A DNA stretch of 55,474 nt, the filler included, from Sphacelaria rigidula (lineage: Eukaryota), in the NCBI GenBank assembly GCA_964200075.2. It is 5 parts of 5 records of this genome, joined end to end, with 100 filler letters (N's around TTAATTAATTAA, not from the genome) between each part and the next. Parts side by side here need not be neighbours in the genome. Positions count along the whole stretch, not along the records: positions 44,462 to 55,474 come from CAXNAA020005534.1; 4 more parts are not named here. The stretch is one strand, 5' to 3'. The notes below the pieces were generated by a model. It did not search any database, had not been told where the DNA came from, and saw only the letters and a program-made list of their open reading frames with translations. Both the position numbers and the translations under genes were made by a program. Within the stretch, counting starts at the first letter, position 1. Each line of letters opens with the position of its first letter. Below are positions 49,217 through 55,474 of this stretch, in pieces.

Positions 49217-50516
49217 GAGCAGGTCGGGCAGGGTATGTACTTTCGAGTACTAGGGTAAAATACCCGGGTATTTACTCTACCCGAGGTTTGGGTAGAGAGG
49301 GTACGGCCTCTAATACTCTTCTTGATTTATGGGTAGATTGGGTACCATCTCAAGAACTCTACCCAAGTATTGGGTGAGCACTCTCAGCAATACCTGGGCA
49401 TAGAGTATCACTTGGGTATGGCCTCAATACTCGACCCAAAAATTGGGAATATTGGGTACAATCTAAAATACCCCGTCAAAATTTTGGGTAGGTTGGGTAC
49501 GATTTCAATACGTTACCCACATATTGGATATTGCCATGTCTAGACAGATCATATTTCGATCGTGAACAAGTGCGGTGAAATTGATTCGAGCGAATTCGTT
49601 CATTTCTCGCGAGTTGGGTCCGAACAAATTTGCAAGCTTTCGATCGGAAGAAGATAGTGAATTCATGAAGCGGCACTTCTTCGCACGTCTACAGTGCAGT
49701 GCTGTACTATCTGCGATGTATGACACAGTGTCCCTGTGTGTACCGTGTTTCGTACAGTAGGACATGGAAGAGAAGCGGGCAGCGTGCAGTGCAGACAGCG
49801 CAGCACTATCTGCAATCTTTGCTTACAGTGCGACGTGAACAGAACTTGAACAACGTGTAGCTTTCTACTGCCTGCACACTCCAGGAGTGTACGCAAGTTG
49901 GTCATCCACCTTACAACGCACTTCCGTCGCCGATCCTCACCATGAACGAAGATGCTCGAGTTTTCGCCAACAAAAATTAACCACATCATACCCAACTACT
50001 GCAGTGTATTTATCCCTGTGTCCAACTCGTGCTCTATGCTGCAGGGTTGCAGTGGTAGCTGAGAATGGGTTGGGTGGGGTTCGCATGGTTCTGTGAACGG
50101 GTGGTATCTGGCGAGGTGGTCCGCAAGATGGGAGTCAAGTGCCCCTTCGTATCTTTCCTCCGCGTATTTTCGATGGAAGAAGTGAACGGAAGGTCGGGTA
50201 GGGTGTGTACTTTCGAATATCCGGGGAAAATACCCGGGTATTTGCTGTACACAAGGTTTGGGTAGATTGGGTACGACCTAAAATACTCTACCCACACATT
50301 GGGTAAGCACTCTCAGTAGTACATGGGTATAGAGTATCACTCAGGTATGAAATCAATAGACTGGCTCAAATTTGGGTAGACTGGGTACGATCTAAAATAC
50401 TCTACCCAAATTTTGGGTAGATTAGGTACGATGTCATACTCTTCTCAAATGTTTGGTATTAAGATTTGGACTTTTCAAAATATCGAGTATTGGGTACACT
50501 CTACCCGAACTGCCCT
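49217..50516. mobile_element. Two copies of a GGGTA/TACCC-rich MITE (truncated ~49217-49525; near-complete ~50188-50514)
   Basis: Both start AGGTCGGG.AGGGT.TGTACTTTCGA.TA and share AAAATACCCGGGTATTT...GCACTCTCAG...ATAGAGTATCACT. The second copy ends GTACACTCTACCCGAACTGCC, an imperfect inverse of its start. Confidence 0.7.
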
Positions 50517-52413
50517 TGGAAGGTACCTAGCCACAACCACCCCGTGATCAAGGCTACAGTAGCGTGGCTGGGAATGCATATTTCGAGCAGCCACCAACAC
50601 CGTGGACACTGTGCATCGTTTCGGCTGTGTATTGAGTGCGGCGTCAAAGAGACGGAAGAAATTCACCTTTATTTCCATCGGAACAAGTGGTACATCGAAA
50701 TTTGGGGTGCAGACAAAATAAGTCAAGAAATAGTTATCGTCCAATTTTGTCCCTGCGCAGCCCAACAACACGCACAGTGAGTGCAAGCCCACGCGCAATA
50801 GCTCCGAGCCTGGTTCCTGCTCATCTACACATACACAAGCTTTATTTGGCCGGGAAACGATTCAGTACTTCAGCAGCCACAGCGATCCGCGTCGGCGACA
50901 GCTTTACTTTAGTCCGTACGATGGTCTATCGGCTGCGGAGATCGCGTGCATCGTGTAGTCCGCGTTTACGTTGACGAAGGCAGGAGTGATGAGGCTATCA
51001 TAATGACTGGTGCTATAAAAATGAGGCGCCTTTACACGAGCTCGTCGTCAGATGATTGTGGTGAACGCACTCTGGATGTAACTCTGACGCTAACCCTCAC
51101 CCCAACCCAAGGCATGCCGAGAACACTCCGGTAAGGCAATGCATATGGTGTCCTAGGCATGAATCGGGCAAAAATGCGTATGCACACGATGGGAGGAGGG
51201 AGCACTCGAGACAGTCAATTCTGAGTGCTACGGTAGGGATGAATATATATATATATATATATATATATGCTGGGGTTAGAATTGTTAGGAGCCCTTTATC
51301 TCATACAAACCACGACTTTTGGAAATATGTGTGAGTACGCCAGGATTACTATTGCAATGTACTGGGGATATCCCGAATGAATTTGCGAGCGGGGATGTCC
51401 TGATCCATATTCTCATGCAATCTAGAATCGTTAGGAGCCCCTGAACCAGACAACATTTCGCGCAAAAATGCGGAAGCATAGCTCTCCTTTACCTTTCTGA
51501 ATCTGATGGTCCTACCCTAAAATCCAGTATTTCCGAACGTGATCTGACGACGGACTCGCGTAAACACTCATGATCAAAAGGTAGGGTGGATGCAATTTTA
51601 TTCTGATCACTATTTTTCATGTTCTACAGTACGTGTCACTTTCGGGAATTTCTTCTTTTTCCCGCATTGAACGGCCACATGAATTTTGCGAGAAACTCGA
51701 AGTAGAATTATCCGGGGAAGTAAGTTGTTTTTGTTCCCCCAAGAAGTGCTCCAAGGCCCGAAAGCACGATTCAAGGCCGCTCGCGCTTTATGTGGGACCA
51801 CAGCGGCATCGTACATTCTCATACTATCGTTATGTGCGTGTGCGAATGGTTTCGTGTCTCTCTTGAGTGCTAGGGGCGACTCCTGCAGTTTCTAGGACAT
51901 TTTCTACACATCCGAAGTTCTCTGTGACCCATGACTTGCATCATTTTCCTGACCAAAGCAAGTATAGTGTGGAATATCTTAAAGAGATGTTTTGACTGAC
52001 TGCTTTCCTCAAGCTTTCCGGTTACCGACACCCATCGCGGTGGACGTTGAGGACCGGGAAATATCAGTACCCGACACAAATTTCAGACATTTAATCGTTA
52101 CCATCAGTAATAAGCTGCGGACTAACCATTTGTCGGGGGTTCCTACGAGTTTATAGCCGCACGTTCTGGCTCCCCGATATTTTCCTTCGACCGAACTGCA
52201 GTAATCCCAGTCGTTATGGTGAACAATCGCATGGTTCAGTCATTCCTAGCATTTCATTGCGCTGCGCCTGAAAAAACGTTCTTCTGGACGACCGATGAAA
52301 CAGATAGTACGATGCTTTCACCGGTAGTGTACGGTACAGGAAATACAGTACCATAGATCTAGCACAGTACAGGTGACGGCCTTGGAAAGGTTGTCACCAG
52401 TTATGGGGTCTCA

Positions 52414-55229
52414 CTAGACATGGCTCACCATGTTCCGGGTGGAGTCAGATCTGAAATGGGAGACAACTAGGCAGCAGAGCTTCATGTCAAGTCGAGGAGG
52501 AGAAAACATATGTGGCAACGACGCAGCAGAAGCGGCTCTCAGCATTTGCAGGGAACCGAAGGTGCACCGCAAAGAGCCGGTTGCTATCGCATCTTCGTAG
52601 TACATGTCGAAACTCCCAAACCGAAATTCCGTAGGGATCGCACTCGCAGAGTGCAAAGCGGCGAAAGGCCCAACTAAGCGGCTCTCTGCATTTGCGGATT
52701 CTGCCTTAGTTGCCGCAAATATCTTGATATTTCCATGTCTGGCTCCTTTCTCGTACTCTTGGACTTTCTCGTGCAGTTGTGGAGAAAAATGGACAATTCG
52801 AGGCACTCTTGCAAGCTACAGGCATTTAGTTTGCCTCCTCCGCCGATCAGACGGTTGTACGTGGGTCATTTTGTATTGTTACTGAGATACATCTGAATCT
52901 GAGGTCGATCTGGTGGCTCAGTGGTAACCTCGAAACCTTCTGACGGTTGGGTCGTGGGTTCGATTCTTGGAATGATCCAAGATTTTTTCTAACACGATGC
53001 CTACCAGTGGAGAGCGACTATGTCGTGCGTACACAAGATTCGACTCAACGGTCGACGAGGGAAAGAGACTGCTGAACCCCTCTCGCGATAAAAAAGAAAG
53101 GCAAGCACCACAGAAGGAAGGTGGGGTACAAAAAACAAATAAAAAAGTAAAAACTCCCGTGTTGACCTCCCTCCTTGTGACCCCGGCTGGTGCGCCCACA
53201 TATACCGAAAGGTGTAGACCGGCGCCCAGAATAGATGGGACAACACACAACACACAACACACAACACCTTCAGCGTTCAATAACTTCGTGTACGCACGAG
53301 ACTTTTTACCTGAAAGCTGCCCTCCATGTGCCCCTTGGCCGAAGTCAGGGGTGTATGACTACAATAGATGAAGCTCGAACCAGGCCTGATAATTGGACAC
53401 AATCCGACCACCCGCTGAGCCACTGGCGTTCCCCTGGACACCTGGTGATCCATTGACCCGTCCTGGCTGTAAATTCGCCACTCCCGCCCCAATATCGTCG
53501 CTGGTTCAGTCCCAATATTATCAATCCTGCATGGTCATCGCGGTGGTCAATTCAGAACGCGAGATCAACATGTACTGCGGGGCCAGAGCGCGACGAGGGT
53601 TCGCGAGTACGGAGAAGACTACTTCACTACACAGGAAACAGCACAAAGCGGTCGCCGCCGGGTGCGGCAGCTTCGACGGTACGAACTTGCGGATGGAGAT
53701 TTTGATGACGTCAAGACGATGCTGAGGGATAAAGTTTGTGTGCTATTGTGTTGTCATATCATCTATTCTGGACGCCAGTCTACTCCCTCTGGTATATACG
53801 CGGGCGCATCAGCCGGGGTCACACAGGAGGATGGCCAACACAGGAGTTCTATATTTATTATTTTATTTTAGTACTCCACCTTCCTTCTGCGGTGCCCGCC
53901 TTGTTTTTTTTATCGCGAGAGAGGTTCAGCGGTCCCATTCCCTCGTCGACCGTCAAGTCAAATTTTGTGTACCCACGACATGGTCGCTCCCCATTGTTGG
54001 GCATGGTGTGAGAAAAAATGCCAGATCGTGTGACTTCACCAAAATTCGAACCCACGTCCAAACCGTCAGAAGGTTCCGAGGTTACCAACTGAGCTACCGG
54101 AGCGACCGGCAGTATGATAATCAAGAGACGGGGGTTTTGACCAGACAACAGCGACAAGTAATAGTTTGTCTGACACACAACTAATCATGGGCAAGAGGTG
54201 CCATAGCGAGCTGCGCAGTCCGCACAAGAAGAAACTAATGAGCTATTAATTCCGGGCGCACACGATCGTGACCCAAATCAAGGTTGTATATACGGTGCAA
54301 ATACGAACGCCCGTATCCCCTGTTTCTATTAGAAACTATTTATATTAACAGAAAAACTACTCATTAAGTTACATTTGACAAATCAAAGACGTCTCGTCAA
54401 ACTGCATGCGCTGTCCATCCGGCTTCTCAGCGTGTCCTCCGCTTGCATCCCTGTCTCACCGTATAAGGTAGTTGAATTCCCTATGAAGAGAATGACTCCA
54501 TGCTGCGCCCGAGGACTCCTTCAATGACGAGGAATACTGGCTCGTGGCCGTGACCCTCAGCCCGTCAGTGACGGCAACGCTGATCTTATCTTGTAAACTT
54601 CTTTGGTCCCCCAGAGTCCTGAAAAGGCGAAGAGAATGAAAACTCGTGGTTTGACTGCTTCCATAGTCAACAATCGCCCACGCCTCGCCAGTTGTTGGCA
54701 ATCACGGTACATGAGGTACTGCGAAGTGCATCCAGCAAGTTTAGCCGCAGGAAGAGTTCAAAAGACCCTTTAAGAGTGTGCGAAATACCACCAGAAGTTT
54801 ATATTGAGGGTGATGCGCAGTAATGAGGTCTGGCCCTCACCGGGATTGGAGAGCCTCGGTGAACGTAAGCTCGAGCTAGGCATAGTTAAACCACGAAGGA
54901 AGTTGGACAAGAGCATGCAAAATCAATCATTTCATTCCTCGAGTCCGCCGCTCCAGATTGAATTGTGATTCTGACCGTATCAGGGCATCAGTGAGTATCA
55001 ACCATGAAAACCGAAGTTGAGCTATGTCTACGCCCAACAACTCGCCTCACCTTATGCCCATGAACGCCTCGTCAACGAGCTCCTTAATCCTACCGGGGTC
55101 TGTTTCACCCTTTCCCGCCCGAAACGCCGCCTTAACGATGTCAGCAATATCTTCCCCCGTCATAGCTCCCACGTTCCCCTTGTGTTTGAGCGTATTGATG
55201 CAGGCAAACGCCGAGGAAGGTAATACATC
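52414..55229 (-). CDS. ApaG-domain protein with LYR-like N-terminal region, 5' incomplete; exons 55229-55051, 54618-54460, 53526-53310, 52767 (or 52722)-52414
   Basis: Phase-consistent GT-AG introns (2, 2, 0). Peptide: ...DIVKAAFRAGKGETDPGRIKELVDEAFMGIR|TLGDQ...SVAVTDGLRVTATSQY...EFNYLIR|IDNIGTEPATILGREWRIYSQDG...VVGLCPIIRPGSSFIYCSHTPLTSAKGHMEGSFQ|...LVGPFAAL. This matches the ApaG consensus (T.GI.V...FxYxIxIxN...LxxRxW...VVG..P.L.PG..F.Y.S...L.T..G.M.G.F). The end of the last exon is uncertain. Confidence 0.88.
52903..53267 (+). mobile_element. tRNA-derived SINE family 1, full length
   Basis: A box TGGCTCAGTGG, anticodon-like arm AACC-TTCTGAC-GGTT, B box GGTTCGATT, and a (CAACACA)n tail at 53241-53267. 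Confidence 0.9.
53736..54110 (-). mobile_element. tRNA-derived SINE family 1, full length
   Basis: Reverse complement GCCGGTCGCTCCGGTAGCTCAGTTGGTAACC...GGTTCGAATT; body colinear with the other copies. Confidence 0.9.
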
Positions 55230-55414
55230 CTGCAGGGCGTGGTAGTGCGCTTTCACCGATGCCAAAAATTTTGGACGCTCCAAGGGGAACGGTGACGCTT
55301 GCACCGTAATTACCTCTCCGGCATGCCTGCCATGTCAGGAAGAAAGATGACAAATCACCAGCGAAGCAGGGCGAAGCCCAAGCCGTCGGAGGTGGGGTTG
55401 GGGGGCGTGAGGAG

Positions 55415-55474
55415 CGCGGAGGGGGGGTACTCGTTTGTTGCTTGCCTTTTCCGTTTGTCCATTGACCACGAATC
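55415..55474 (-). mobile_element. LINE-type 3' end with C-rich tail, cut by the window end
   Basis: GGGGGGGTACTCGTTTGTTGCTTGCCTT...CATTGACCAC matches 7400-7450 and 13080-13121. Confidence 0.65.

Overview
Eukaryotic draft-assembly sequence: about 50% GC, intron-rich and repeat-rich. TTAGGG repeats, tRNA-derived SINEs, RTE-like LINE, copia and piggyBac relics are consistent with a brown alga or other stramenopile (inference). The window is NOT one locus. It is five unrelated contigs of 11016, 11016, 11015, 11014 and 11013 nt, joined by artificial 100-nt N44-TTAATTAATTAA-N44 spacers. Most ORFs in the supplied track are spurious; real genes appear only when exons are spliced by hand. Three genes can be reconstructed with phase-consistent GT-AG introns: (1) a 7TM/GPCR-like membrane protein (27745-31751 +, N-terminus missing or broken); (2) an atypical Ser/Thr kinase (core 35860-43653 +; DMG instead of DFG, no canonical G-loop, probable coiled-coil/GRAEG-repeat N-terminus); (3) an ApaG-domain protein with an LYR-like N-terminal helix region (52414-55229 -), whose core exon is bracketed by an inverted SINE pair. 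Two weaker hypothetical spliced genes lie in contig 1. The remainder is TE-derived: a degenerate Ty1/copia gag-protease-integrase, an RTE-like RT, a decayed and apparently intron-containing piggyBac transposase, several MITE families, two SINE families and simple repeats. I see no CRISPR array and cannot support a novel multi-gene system. The most notable items are the divergent genes and some unusual TE architecture.
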